Below are positions 55,059 to 64,000 of a stretch of 64,000 nucleotides of DNA, in pieces. The first letter of the stretch is position 1. Each line of letters begins with the position of its first letter. The notes under the pieces are model-generated. The model saw nothing but the letters and a program-made list of their open reading frames with translations, did no database searches and was not told where the DNA came from. The position numbers and the translations under genes are program-made. The DNA is from Nitrososphaerota archaeon (lineage in GTDB: Archaea; Thermoproteota; Nitrososphaeria_A; Caldarchaeales; Calditenuaceae), in contig JAVQSZ010000007.1 of NCBI GenBank assembly GCA_033581555.1, positions 1 through 64,000 on the forward strand, given 5' to 3'.

Positions 55059-56003
55059 ATGAGGAGGAGGGTGCTGCTCAACGCGGGCGAAGAGTGGCCG
55101 TCGGACCTGATCGCGGAGATCTCGAAGCACGCCGAGGTCGTGAGGTACGGCTCGGCCACGCTCGAGGACCTGAGGGAGGCCGAAGTCTTGGTGACGTTCA
55201 ACCTCAACGCCGACGACCTGAAGCTGATGCGGAACCTCAGGCTGATACAGGTCCTCTCCGCGGGCGTCGACCACCTCGACTGGTCCGCAATACCCGAGGA
55301 CGTGACCGTCTGCTCGAACTCCGGCTCCAACGCCGAGCCCGTCGCGGAGCACGCGATCGCGCTCCTCTTAGCTGCGGCGAAGAGGGTCGCCTACTACGAC
55401 AGCAGGTGCAGGTCGGGCGACTTCAAGCGGACCGTCAGGACCGTCCTCCTCAGGGGCTCCACCCTTGCCGTACTAGGGCTCGGGCCCATAGGGCTCAGGG
55501 TTGCGGAGATCGCGAAGGCTATGGGCATCTCAGTCAGGGGCTACGCGAGGAGGCGGAGGGAATACCCCTTCGTCGACGAGCTCTTCCTCCACCCGGACGT
55601 CAAGGGGGCGCTCCGGGGCGCCGATGCCGCGGTGATAGCGCTGCCGCTCAACAAGCACACGAGGGGCCTGATCGACTACGCAGCCCTCGGCTCGATGAGG
55701 AGGAACGGGATCCTGGTGAACGTCGCGAGGGGACCGATAGTCGTGAAGGAGGACCTGATCAGGTTCCTGAGGGAGAACCCTGACTTCGTCTACGCGACCG
55801 ACGTCTGGTGGAACTCGCAGGACCTCTCGAAGGACTGGGACGTTGCCTCGCTCCCGAACGTCGTCTCGACGCCGTGGGTCGCCGGGGCCTTCGGGAACCC
55901 CGCGGTCTTCGGTGAGATGGTGAGGCACGCGCTGCTGAACGTCCTCAGGTATTTCAGGGGGGAGGAGCTCCTCAACAAGGTCGAGAGGTCCGACTACGTC
56001 TAG
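55059..56003 (+). CDS. D-isomer-specific 2-hydroxyacid dehydrogenase family protein
   Basis: SAGVDH, VAEHA, GLGPIG, LPL...T, VNVARG, TPWVAG; ATG 55059. Confidence 0.88.
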   Translation: MRRRVLLNAGEEWPSDLIAEISKHAEVVRYGSATLEDLREAEVLVTFNLNADDLKLMRNLRLIQVLSAGVDHLDWSAIPEDVTVCSNSGSNAEPVAEHAIALLLAAAKRVAYYDSRCRSGDFKRTVRTVLLRGSTLAVLGLGPIGLRVAEIAKAMGISVRGYARRRREYPFVDELFLHPDVKGALRGADAAVIALPLNKHTRGLIDYAALGSMRRNGILVNVARGPIVVKEDLIRFLRENPDFVYATDVWWNSQDLSKDWDVASLPNVVSTPWVAGAFGNPAVFGEMVRHALLNVLRYFRGEELLNKVERSDYV

Positions 56004-56020
56004 CGGCCTCCGATCCCGTC

Positions 56021-57226
56021 CTACAGCAGCAGGAGCTCCGGGCTCTCCAGGTACCTCACCACGGTCCTCAGGAACCGGGTCGCGGGCTCCCCGTCGACTA
56101 CCCTGTGGTCGAATGTGAGGGAGAGGGGCATCACGTGCCTCGGGACTATCTGGCCCTCGAAGACCCTCGGCATCAGGGATATCCTCCCGGTCCCCAGTAT
56201 CGCGGTCTCCGGGTAGTTCGGGATCGGGTTGCCGCTGAGCCCCTCGACCGCGCCGTAGTTCGTGATGCCGATCGTCCCTCCCCTCACGTCCTCCAGCCTC
56301 AGGGCCCTCTTCCTCGCCTTCTCGACCAGCTCCTCGAGCCTCCCGGCCAGCTCGAAGAGGTTCAACGAGTCCGCGCCGTGCAGAATTGGCACGACCAGGC
56401 CGTCTTGAGTATGGACCGCGACGCTCACGTTCACCCTCTTGTGGTATCTGATGACCTGCCTCTCGTCGTCGACGGTCGAGTTCAGCTCGGGGTGCTCCTT
56501 GGCCGCGAGCACCAGCGCCCTCACGAGGAACGGGAGGTAAGTCAGCCTCACGCCCCTCTTCTCCGCGACCTGCTTCAGGGACTCCCTCAGCTCCACGAGC
56601 CTCGTGACGTCGGCCTCGTCGAAGACCGTGACGTAGACCGCGTTCCTCGCTGCCCTGATCAGGTGCTCCGCGACCGCCCTCCTAATGCCCCTGAACGGAA
56701 CCTCCTCGTACTCGGCCTCCGCGGTCACCGCAGGAGTCGCCTCGACCTGCACCCTCCTCATCGACTCAGCGTGCCTCCTCACGTCATCCTCGGTTATCCT
56801 CCCTCCAGGGCCGGTGCCCTTCACCTCCTCGATCGGGACGCCGAGCTCCCTCGCGAGCCTCCTGACCATCGGCGATGCCAGGACCTCCCTCTGGGATGGG
56901 CGCTCGGCCCTCTGCTGGACGACCTCCTGGGGCTGGGCGGGGACTTCCGCGGCCCTAGGAATAGGCCTCGGCTCCTCCGCGACCGCGGCTGCGACCTCCT
57001 CTATCACCGCGATCACCTGACCCACTTTGACGACCTCGCCCTCCCGCGCGAGGATCCTCGTCAACCTCCCCTCGACCGGCGAGGGGACCTCGATGTTCAC
57101 CTTGACCGTCGTGACCTCGACGATCGGCTGGAACTTCCTGACGTGGTCGCCCTCCTTCACCAGCCACCTGACGACCTCGGCCTCGGTCACGCCTTCGCCG
57201 ATCTCCGGGAGCTTGACCTCCGCCAA
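56021..57226 (-). CDS. 2-oxoacid dehydrogenase E2 dihydrolipoamide acyltransferase
   Basis: Lipoyl domain, ASP.VRRLA..GTGPGGRI E3-binding domain, DHRVVDG. Confidence 0.93.
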   Translation of the reverse strand: MAEVKLPEIGEGVTEAEVVRWLVKEGDHVRKFQPIVEVTTVKVNIEVPSPVEGRLTRILAREGEVVKVGQVIAVIEEVAAAVAEEPRPIPRAAEVPAQPQEVVQQRAERPSQREVLASPMVRRLARELGVPIEEVKGTGPGGRITEDDVRRHAESMRRVQVEATPAVTAEAEYEEVPFRGIRRAVAEHLIRAARNAVYVTVFDEADVTRLVELRESLKQVAEKRGVRLTYLPFLVRALVLAAKEHPELNSTVDDERQVIRYHKRVNVSVAVHTQDGLVVPILHGADSLNLFELAGRLEELVEKARKRALRLEDVRGGTIGITNYGAVEGLSGNPIPNYPETAILGTGRISLMPRVFEGQIVPRHVMPLSLTFDHRVVDGEPATRFLRTVVRYLESPELLLL

Positions 57227-57364
57227 CTCACGACTTGGGAGCCCGCCCTGCAGAAAACCTTTCCCCGCCGACTGCAGCCGACATGCTCCACCACATCGGG
57301 TGCTCGTCGACGTCGGGGTCCTCGGTGAGAGCGGACTCAGAGGCGTCGAGTGGCCGAACCCACG

Positions 57365-57468
57365 CGGGCCCGGCGGGATTTGAACCCGCGACCTCTCCCG
57401 GGGAACGGACCGACCTCGTCCCCAACCGGTTAAGAGCCGGCCGCTCTACCTGACTGAGCTACGGGCCC
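57365..57468 (-). tRNA. tRNA-Lys(CUU) with about 30-nt non-canonical intron at the anticodon-stem/variable-loop junction (about 57395-57424)
   Basis: GGGCCCG/CGGGCCC acceptor, GCCGG-CT-CTT-AA-CCGGT, insert, AGGTC-GCGGGTTCAAATCCCGC. Confidence 0.88.
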
Positions 57469-57605
57469 TCGGGCACTACCGAGCCCAGCCGGTATATTTG
57501 GGTGATCGGGCTCCATCGACCTCTCAACGGACCTGCCTCGTTCGACGTGCGTCTTAACATAGATTGATTTGTTGGCTAATCCTCGGGCCGTCAAAGGTGC
57601 GGTGC

Positions 57606-59009
57606 TTGCCGACGCTGCTCGACTCGACGCTCAGGGAGGGCGAGCTCTTCAAGTTCCTCACTCCGGAGAGGAAGCTGAGGGTCGCGGAGGTCCTCGCGGA
57701 GCTCGGGCTGAGGAGGGTCGAGGTGACCGTGGACTACCCGCCGAAGACGACCGAAGCCGACGTCAGGCCGGTCGTCGAGCTCCTGAGGGACAGGGGAGTC
57801 GAGGTGGTGATGCACGGCAGGGCCTACCGGGCGGACGTCGAGGCCTTCGCGAAGTACGACGTCGACGGCGTCGCAGTCTACGTCGCGGTCTCGAGGGTCC
57901 ACAGGGAGCACAAGCTGAAGGGCATCTCGGAGGAGGAGGTAATGGCGAGGTTCCTCGAGGCGGCAGAGCTCTGCAGGTCCCAGGGCTACAGGTACGTCAG
58001 GGCGACGCTGGAGGACGTCTCACGGCTCTTCGTCGAGGGGCAGTTCGGGGAGCTGGACAGGCTGCTGGAGTTCACGAGGGAGCTCCGGAGCGCGGGCGCC
58101 ACGATGGTCAGCCTCCCCGACACCAGCGGCCTCATGACTCCCCCGATCGCGGCCTCCTTCGTCAGGTACTGCAGGGAGAGGTCAGCCCTCCCGATCGCCT
58201 GCCACTTCCACAACGACTACGGCATGGCCTCCGCCAACACGGTGACCGCGGTGCTGGAGGGCGCGGAGGAGGCCCACGTCACGCTCTTCGGGATCGGCGA
58301 CAGGAACGGGATCGCGGACCTCTACGAGGTGGTCGCGACGCTCCACGACGTCCACGGCATCGACCTCGGAGTGAGGAGGGAGAGGCTGGCCTGGGCCTAC
58401 GCGGAGTTCTCGAGGGTCGCGGGGATCAGGCACTATTGGAGGCACCCGTTGGCCCCCGAGTCGAGGACGGTCAGGGCCGGAGTCCACCAGTCGATGGTGA
58501 TCAAGAGGCCCGACGGCTACATACCCCTCGGGAAGCTGAGGTTCGACTTCGACGGGGTCGCCCTGGCCCCGACGCCGTACATCAGCCACAAGGTCTTCCT
58601 CGACATCGCGTCGAGGCTGAACGCTTCGCTCGACGAGGAGACCGCGAGGAGGGCGGCGGAGTTCGTCGCGGCCCACTACGTCGCCAACGGCGGGAAGGTC
58701 AGGTTCCAGGAGCTGAAGGAGGGGCTGGAGGCGGTGCTCGGGCTCCGGATCCCGGAGGACCTCCTCAGGGCCTACTTCGGGATCGAGAAGGTCTACATCA
58801 TGGTCAAGCTGAGGCCCCAGTCCGACGTCTCGAGGGTCGTCTCGGAGGTCTCGGGGTGGCAGGACGTCGAGGCGGTCGACGAGGTCTACGGCGACATGGA
58901 CCTCGTGATCGTCGGGAGGGCGGCCTCGGGGCCCAACAACCTCGTCGAGAGGGTCAGGAGGGCGCTCCTCGGTATCGCGGAGGAGATGAAGGTCCTGGTG
59001 ACCGACTGA
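57606..59009 (+). CDS. Homocitrate synthase-like DRE-TIM enzyme with C-terminal RAM (Lrp/AsnC) domain
   Basis: DSTLREGE, PDTSG, HFHND.G.A.AN, GIGDRNG, AGVH; C-terminal EVYGDMDLVI. Architecture as in Sulfolobus homocitrate synthase. Confidence 0.8.
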   Translation: MPTLLDSTLREGELFKFLTPERKLRVAEVLAELGLRRVEVTVDYPPKTTEADVRPVVELLRDRGVEVVMHGRAYRADVEAFAKYDVDGVAVYVAVSRVHREHKLKGISEEEVMARFLEAAELCRSQGYRYVRATLEDVSRLFVEGQFGELDRLLEFTRELRSAGATMVSLPDTSGLMTPPIAASFVRYCRERSALPIACHFHNDYGMASANTVTAVLEGAEEAHVTLFGIGDRNGIADLYEVVATLHDVHGIDLGVRRERLAWAYAEFSRVAGIRHYWRHPLAPESRTVRAGVHQSMVIKRPDGYIPLGKLRFDFDGVALAPTPYISHKVFLDIASRLNASLDEETARRAAEFVAAHYVANGGKVRFQELKEGLEAVLGLRIPEDLLRAYFGIEKVYIMVKLRPQSDVSRVVSEVSGWQDVEAVDEVYGDMDLVIVGRAASGPNNLVERVRRALLGIAEEMKVLVTD

Positions 59010-59045
59010 GCCCGGCTACGGTTTATTGACGGGGCGGGACGCGGA

Positions 59046-60071
59046 GTGCCGATGATCGAGCTGAAGGGCAAGGACCTGATCTCGAGCCAGGACTGGTCCC
59101 TTGAGGAGATCGGCGCGGTCATGGACCTAGCGAGGGAGCTCAAGGTGATGAGGTACGCCGGGAACGTCCCGGAGCTCTTCAAGAACAGGACCTTCTTCAT
59201 GATCTTCTACAACACCTCCACGAGGACTAGGGCGAGCTTCGAGGCCGCTGCGACGATGCTTGGAGGGCATGCGCAGTTCATCGACTTCGCCACCACCAGG
59301 GGCGCGGAGGGCGAGTCGGTCAAGGACATGGCGAAGATGTACGAGAGGTTCGGGCACGCACTTGGGGTGAGGATATTGGAGTCAGCGGTCGACTACGTCT
59401 ACGGGAGGGGGAACGCGGTGGTGAGGGAGTACGCGGAACACGCGAGGATCCCCGTGGTCAACATGGCCGACGACATGTTCCACCCCTCCCAGGCGATCGC
59501 TGACCTCTACACGATTTCGGAGAGGTTCAACTGGAGGCCGGAGGGGAAGAGGTACGTCATCATGTGGGCCTACAGCGACCGGATAAGGAGCTGGGGTAGC
59601 GTCCAGGACGAAATGCTCCTCGCGACACGCTACGGGATGGACGTCGTCCTCTGCTACCCGCCGGGCTTCGACCTCGACGAGAGGCTCGTGAAGGTCGCGG
59701 AGCAGAACGCCAAGGACTCCGGCGGCTCGCTCGAGGTCTCCCACGACCCCAAAGAGGCGCTGAGGGGGGCCCACGTCGTCTTCCCGAGGAGCTGGGCGAG
59801 CCACGCCTGTGTCGTCGAGGGGCTGAACAGGTTCGGGAGGGAGAGGGAGCTGGAGCTCCACAAGAGGTACCAGGACTGGAGGCTGACGAGGGAGCTGACC
59901 GACCTGATGGACAGGCACGGGATCGTGACCCACGTCCTCCCGGTCTTCAGGGGCCAAGAGGCCGACGACGACGTCATGGACGGCCCCAGGAGCGTCATCT
60001 ACGACCAGGCCGAGAACCTGCTCTACGTCAGGGCAGCGATCCTCGCCCTGATCGCGGGCACAGGGCCCTAA
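59046..60071 (+). CDS. Transcarbamylase (OTCase superfamily; AOTCase/YgeW-like)
   Basis: STRTR, HPSQ, WAYS, HVLP, DQAEN. Confidence 0.85.
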   Translation: MPMIELKGKDLISSQDWSLEEIGAVMDLARELKVMRYAGNVPELFKNRTFFMIFYNTSTRTRASFEAAATMLGGHAQFIDFATTRGAEGESVKDMAKMYERFGHALGVRILESAVDYVYGRGNAVVREYAEHARIPVVNMADDMFHPSQAIADLYTISERFNWRPEGKRYVIMWAYSDRIRSWGSVQDEMLLATRYGMDVVLCYPPGFDLDERLVKVAEQNAKDSGGSLEVSHDPKEALRGAHVVFPRSWASHACVVEGLNRFGRERELELHKRYQDWRLTRELTDLMDRHGIVTHVLPVFRGQEADDDVMDGPRSVIYDQAENLLYVRAAILALIAGTGP

Positions 60072-60120
60072 GGGGTTCCGGCGATTCCGTTATCTCCGGG
60101 TCCAGGGGGCTCTCCGGGGA

Positions 60121-60804
60121 ATGGTGCTGACCGCGAAGGTCTTCGACGTCAGGGCGAAGTCGAACCTCGGTGCGATAGCCCAGAAGCTGAAGGACTTCAG
60201 GAGCGTCGAGGTCGTGAAGGAGGACGACACCGATGTCGAGCTGGTCACGGACGTCCACGACGTCAGGGGCGAGAGGGACAGGGTCTCCGGGGTATTCAGC
60301 AGGGACAAGCTGATCAGGGTCCGGCAGAGGGGGAAGGTGGTCCCGATCGTGAAGACGATCGACGCGTACATCGAGTTCAGGGACAGGGGCGACAAGCTGC
60401 TGCTCGTGGTGATGCAGGAGAAGCACTTCGCCAACTACGTCGCGACCACCCTCAGCAACGCCCTCTTCCTCGACTTCAAGTCGATCGTCGAGGCGAGGAT
60501 CCCCCACGAGAGGCTGGTGGAGCTCCACAACCGTAACCCTGAGTCGACGCGGCTGATCTGGTTCGACCAAGTCGACTACCCGGGGGTCGACAAGCTGGCC
60601 CTCGCGGGGCCCTCGCTGATGGACACCTCGATGTACGATGAGGCCCTCAGGCACGGGAAGATCTGGTACATCGTCTACGCCACGAGGGAGGGCGGGATGA
60701 TCTACGGGCTGACTAGGAACTGCGTCGTCACTGCCTTCAGCAGGATCTCCGAGTCCGACTTCCTCGACTACGTGGTCAGGGAGGTACTGCCGCTGATAGA
60801 GTAA
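60121..60804 (+). CDS. Hypothetical protein
   Basis: 227-aa ORF with typical codon usage; no motif recognised. Confidence 0.7.
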   Translation: MVLTAKVFDVRAKSNLGAIAQKLKDFRSVEVVKEDDTDVELVTDVHDVRGERDRVSGVFSRDKLIRVRQRGKVVPIVKTIDAYIEFRDRGDKLLLVVMQEKHFANYVATTLSNALFLDFKSIVEARIPHERLVELHNRNPESTRLIWFDQVDYPGVDKLALAGPSLMDTSMYDEALRHGKIWYIVYATREGGMIYGLTRNCVVTAFSRISESDFLDYVVREVLPLIE

Positions 60805-60829
60805 AAAATCTGGGCATGTCCGGCCGGCT

Positions 60830-62506
60830 TCAGAACGGGTACCTTCTCCTCCTGCCCACCACGATCGCAGCGCCTAGCAGGGCCGCTATCACCGCGAGGA
60901 GCGCGGGTATGATGTAGGTCGTGATGGGTTCAGCGAAGATTTGCGTGGTCGTGAAGGTCTGAGTGGTCTGGAGAGTCTGCGTGGTCATGAAGGTCTGAGT
61001 GGTCTGGAGAGTCTGCGTGGTCATGAAGGTCAGGGTCGTCGACTCCGTTCTGGTCGTGGTCGTGAGGCTCGAGATTGTGGTAGTGGTGCTCGTGGTCCCG
61101 GTGAGCGTCGTCCTTTCGGTCTGCGTGATGGTGGTCGTCCTGATGTCGTAGGCCGTGGTCGTTGTCCCCACCACCGAGGTGACCGTGGTAGAGAAGGTCG
61201 TTGTCGTGGATGTAGTAACGGTCGTGGTGGTCGAGACCACTAACGCGTCGGGGCAGAACCTCGAGTAGAAGGCATCCATGACCCCTGGGTTGTTGATTGT
61301 CGGCGTGAACGACGTCAGCGCCGGCGTGGAGGCGATATCGCCTGGCGAAGGAGTCGCGATTGACAAGCTCGGGGACGAAATGCTGAAGCTGATCGGTCCC
61401 ATGGTGAGGTCAGGAACTGCGTAAAAGATCGGCCAGCTATCGGTATCGCCGCCGAAGACGACGCAGGATCCCAGCGGCGCTGAGTCGATGGCCCTCTGCT
61501 GTGACATCTCCCTCGCGACGACGAACGCGAAGGCGAAGCTGCCGTCGGACTTGAGCGCGACCATCAGGGCGTCCTGGGTGCCGAAGAGTGTCGTCGTCCC
61601 GAGAGAGTATACGATGCCGCCCACGACGGAGACTGACTGCGTGATCGCCGCACCAGGCGACATGTCGATCACTCTAACCCAGTCGGGGTTGAGGTTCCCC
61701 GGGTCGAGTCTCATGACCAGCATCCTCTGGCTAGCGGGGGTCGCATGTGTACCCGACACATAAACCCGTCCGCCGGATATCGCGATGTCCCTCCCCTCCT
61801 CGAAGTCCGGTGTCGCGAATGTCCTCGATGACTCGTGGTTGCCGTTGGAGTCGAAGCGTGACACGAAGAGGTCGCCGTTTGAGGTCCTGCCGGTTACGTA
61901 TAGCTTCCCTCCGTCAAAGGCCACGGACTGTGCGAGGTCTCCTCCCCCGAAGACCTTGAACTCCCTGACCCACACGACGGCGAGGTCCGATGTTCGCACG
62001 GCCATCAGCAGCGCGCCGAGCTGCGTGGCGCCGGCGACGTAGATGGTATTGCCGTCTCCGCTGATCGCCAGCCCTTCGGCTTGGTCCGAGGGGCCGAAGT
62101 CGTAGACCTTCAGTCCCGCTAAATTACAGCTCGCGTCCATCCTCGCGATGAAGACGTTCGGCGGGTTCGGGCCGTAGTCAGTCAGTCCTACGATGTAGAC
62201 TCGTCCAGCGTGCACAACGACCTTCTTCGCGAGGTCCCTCGGACCTCCGCTGATGTCTACCGCAGAGCTGCACAGGTGCGAGTTGTCTGAGAGCCTGAAG
62301 ACGGAGAGGAAGAAGTTCATCGGGTTAAGGCCGAAGCTCTGCGTTGCCCCGACGGCGTAGAGGTTGGTCCCGTCGACCGCTATGCCGCCGAAAAGCTCCG
62401 GCTGAGGTCCGCCGAAGCTCTGCCGGAACGTCACGACCTCCGCGTGAGCAGCTCCGAACGCCGTCAGCAGCATCCCCACCGTCAGGAGGAGTATGCTTGC
62501 CCTCAC
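60830..62506 (-). CDS. Surface-anchored beta-propeller protein with Thr-rich stalk
   Basis: Signal peptide, repeated G..YV.G.T blades, poly-Thr linker, C-terminal TM plus RRRR. Confidence 0.8.
   Translation of the reverse strand: MRASILLLTVGMLLTAFGAAHAEVVTFRQSFGGPQPELFGGIAVDGTNLYAVGATQSFGLNPMNFFLSVFRLSDNSHLCSSAVDISGGPRDLAKKVVVHAGRVYIVGLTDYGPNPPNVFIARMDASCNLAGLKVYDFGPSDQAEGLAISGDGNTIYVAGATQLGALLMAVRTSDLAVVWVREFKVFGGGDLAQSVAFDGGKLYVTGRTSNGDLFVSRFDSNGNHESSRTFATPDFEEGRDIAISGGRVYVSGTHATPASQRMLVMRLDPGNLNPDWVRVIDMSPGAAITQSVSVVGGIVYSLGTTTLFGTQDALMVALKSDGSFAFAFVVAREMSQQRAIDSAPLGSCVVFGGDTDSWPIFYAVPDLTMGPISFSISSPSLSIATPSPGDIASTPALTSFTPTINNPGVMDAFYSRFCPDALVVSTTTTVTTSTTTTFSTTVTSVVGTTTTAYDIRTTTITQTERTTLTGTTSTTTTISSLTTTTRTESTTLTFMTTQTLQTTQTFMTTQTLQTTQTFTTTQIFAEPITTYIIPALLAVIAALLGAAIVVGRRRRYPF
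60942..61031. repeat. 36-nt tandem repeat (about 2.5 copies) encoding MTTQTLQTTQTF
   Basis: TGCGTGGTC(A/G)TGAAGGTCTGAGTGGTCTGGAGAGTC repeated head to tail. Confidence 0.88.
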
Positions 62507-62632
62507 GCCGCGAGGGTCAGGCGTGTTAAAGTTATTTCTTTTCCCGATCGAGTGAGTAGAAGCGCTGACGTAGTGAATACGGGAGATCGCGCACGCAATA
62601 CGCGGGTCAGATCCTGGGATTATCGGCTCTAC

Positions 62633-63841
62633 TCAGTACCTGGGCATGCTGGGGTCGATCCTCTCCGCGTAGGCGTCTATCCCCCCGGCGAGGTTGTAGG
62701 CCCGGGTTATCCCGATGTCCCTGAGTAGCTTGACCGCGAGCGCGCTCCTCTGGCCGGTGTGGCAGTAGACCACGACCCTCTTCGTCTGGTCGATCTCGTG
62801 GAGCCTCGAGGTGAGCTGGCCCAGGGGTATCAGCTTCGCGCCCGGGATGTGGCAGATCTCCCACTCCACGGGTTCCCTCACGTCGATCAGCTCGACCCTC
62901 TCGCCCCGTTCCACCATCTCCTTGAACTGCTCCGGCGTCACGCTGAAGCCCGCGCCCATCTCCTCGCCGGTGACCCTGACGCCGCAGAAGGCCTCGTAGT
63001 CGATCAGCTCCCTGATGGTCGGGTTGTCGCCGCAGACCGGGCAGTTCCTGTCCCTCTGGAAGGAGAGCTCCCTGAAGGTTATCGAGAGCGCGTCGACCAG
63101 CAGGAGCTTCCCTATCAGCGGCCTCCCGACCCCGAGGATCAGCTTGATCGCCTCGTTCGCCTGGAGCGAGCCTATGATCCCCGGAAGGACTCCGAGGACT
63201 CCGCCTTCTGCGCAGGAGGGGACGAGGCCCGGAGGTGGAGGCTCTGGATAGAGGCACCTGTAGCACGGCCCCTTCCCCGCGTAAAAGACCGAGACCTGGC
63301 CGTCGAACCTGAAGATGCTCCCGTAGACCAGCGGCTTGCCGAGGAGGACGCAGGCGTCGTTCAGGAGGTACCTCGTCGGGAAGTTGTCGGTCGCGTCGAT
63401 CACGACGTCGTAGTCCCTGATGACCTCGATGGCGTTCGAGGAGTTGATCGTCGAGTTGTAGGTCGTCACCTCGACGTAGGGGTTGAGCCTCTCGAGCCTC
63501 TCCTTCGCGGCCTCGACCTTCGGCCTCCCGACGTCCTCGGTGGTGAAGAGGACCTGGCGCTGGAGGTTGGTCTCGTCGACCGCGTCGAAGTCGACGATCC
63601 CGATCCTCCCGACGCCCGCGGCCGCGAGGTAGAGCGCCACCGGAGACCCGAGGCCTCCGGCCCCGACCACCAGGACCTTCGCAGCCTTCAGCCTCCTCTG
63701 CCCCTTCATCCCGACCTCCGGCATGATCAGGTGTCTCCCGTACCTCCTGATCTCCGGGAAGCTCAGCGCGACCTCCTCCCATCCCCTAACGACCGGTTCG
63801 ATCGACGCTAGCTCGACCACCTCGCCGCCCCTGAAGTCCAT
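62633..63841 (-). CDS. moeB: MoeB/MoeZ-type adenylyltransferase-rhodanese fusion
   Basis: RYGRH, GAGGLG, TNLQRQ, CYRC, SCAEGGVLG, CPVC, rhodanese DVRE..E and CHTGQRS. Confidence 0.93.
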   Translation of the reverse strand: MDFRGGEVVELASIEPVVRGWEEVALSFPEIRRYGRHLIMPEVGMKGQRRLKAAKVLVVGAGGLGSPVALYLAAAGVGRIGIVDFDAVDETNLQRQVLFTTEDVGRPKVEAAKERLERLNPYVEVTTYNSTINSSNAIEVIRDYDVVIDATDNFPTRYLLNDACVLLGKPLVYGSIFRFDGQVSVFYAGKGPCYRCLYPEPPPPGLVPSCAEGGVLGVLPGIIGSLQANEAIKLILGVGRPLIGKLLLVDALSITFRELSFQRDRNCPVCGDNPTIRELIDYEAFCGVRVTGEEMGAGFSVTPEQFKEMVERGERVELIDVREPVEWEICHIPGAKLIPLGQLTSRLHEIDQTKRVVVYCHTGQRSALAVKLLRDIGITRAYNLAGGIDAYAERIDPSMPRY

Positions 63842-64000
63842 CCGTATTTAATTCTGAGCGGCCCTCGCGCTCCGCCGCTAGACCGTTCCCCACGTCAGGC
63901 TTGCTTCCAGTTCCCGAGAGAGCGGTTCCGCTATTCGCAGCCGAGCTCGGATTTGCCGCAAAAACATATTTTTACCCCGTACAGAATGTGTACCGCAATT

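Noticed and set aside
60942-61031. CRISPR array
   Set aside because: Head-to-tail in-frame coding repeat without unique spacers; no cas genes.
63842-64000. AT-richer terminal segment as a mobile element end or origin
   Set aside because: Too short and cut by the window edge; compatible with an ordinary promoter region.

Overview
High-GC, densely coding archaeal core-genome region, most consistent with an Aigarchaeota/Caldarchaeales-like TACK archaeon. This is inferred from the ubiquitin-E2-E1 operon, S25e, Zn-ferredoxin, RAM-fused homocitrate synthase and multi-intron tRNAs. It holds about 55 protein genes for replication (gins23-mcm-hel308, fen1), the exosome (rrp4-41-42), chaperones, glycolysis, amino-acid synthesis and dispersed A-ATPase subunits, plus five tRNAs, four of them intron-containing. 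The main highlight is a eukaryote-like ubiquitylation module whose layout differs from the characterised Caldiarchaeum operon. Its ubiquitin ends directly in GG, no RING E3 is present, and a Cys-free coiled-coil gene occupies the E3 slot. An Rpn11-like JAMM protease lies about 18 kb away, coupled to an unknown coiled-coil protein and an orphan DNA methyltransferase. Other highlights are a decaying FlaI/ArlI-type ATPase carrying a LAGLIDADG intein that ends in Asp, a BNR glycosidase-like gene and an ABC binding-protein gene in one frame split only by a TGA, and an 82-nt near-identical repeat between the two AAA domains of cdc48. Two small genes are missing from the ORF track (L40e and a 31-aa Zn finger). 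All calls come from motif recognition by eye; no database searches were run.
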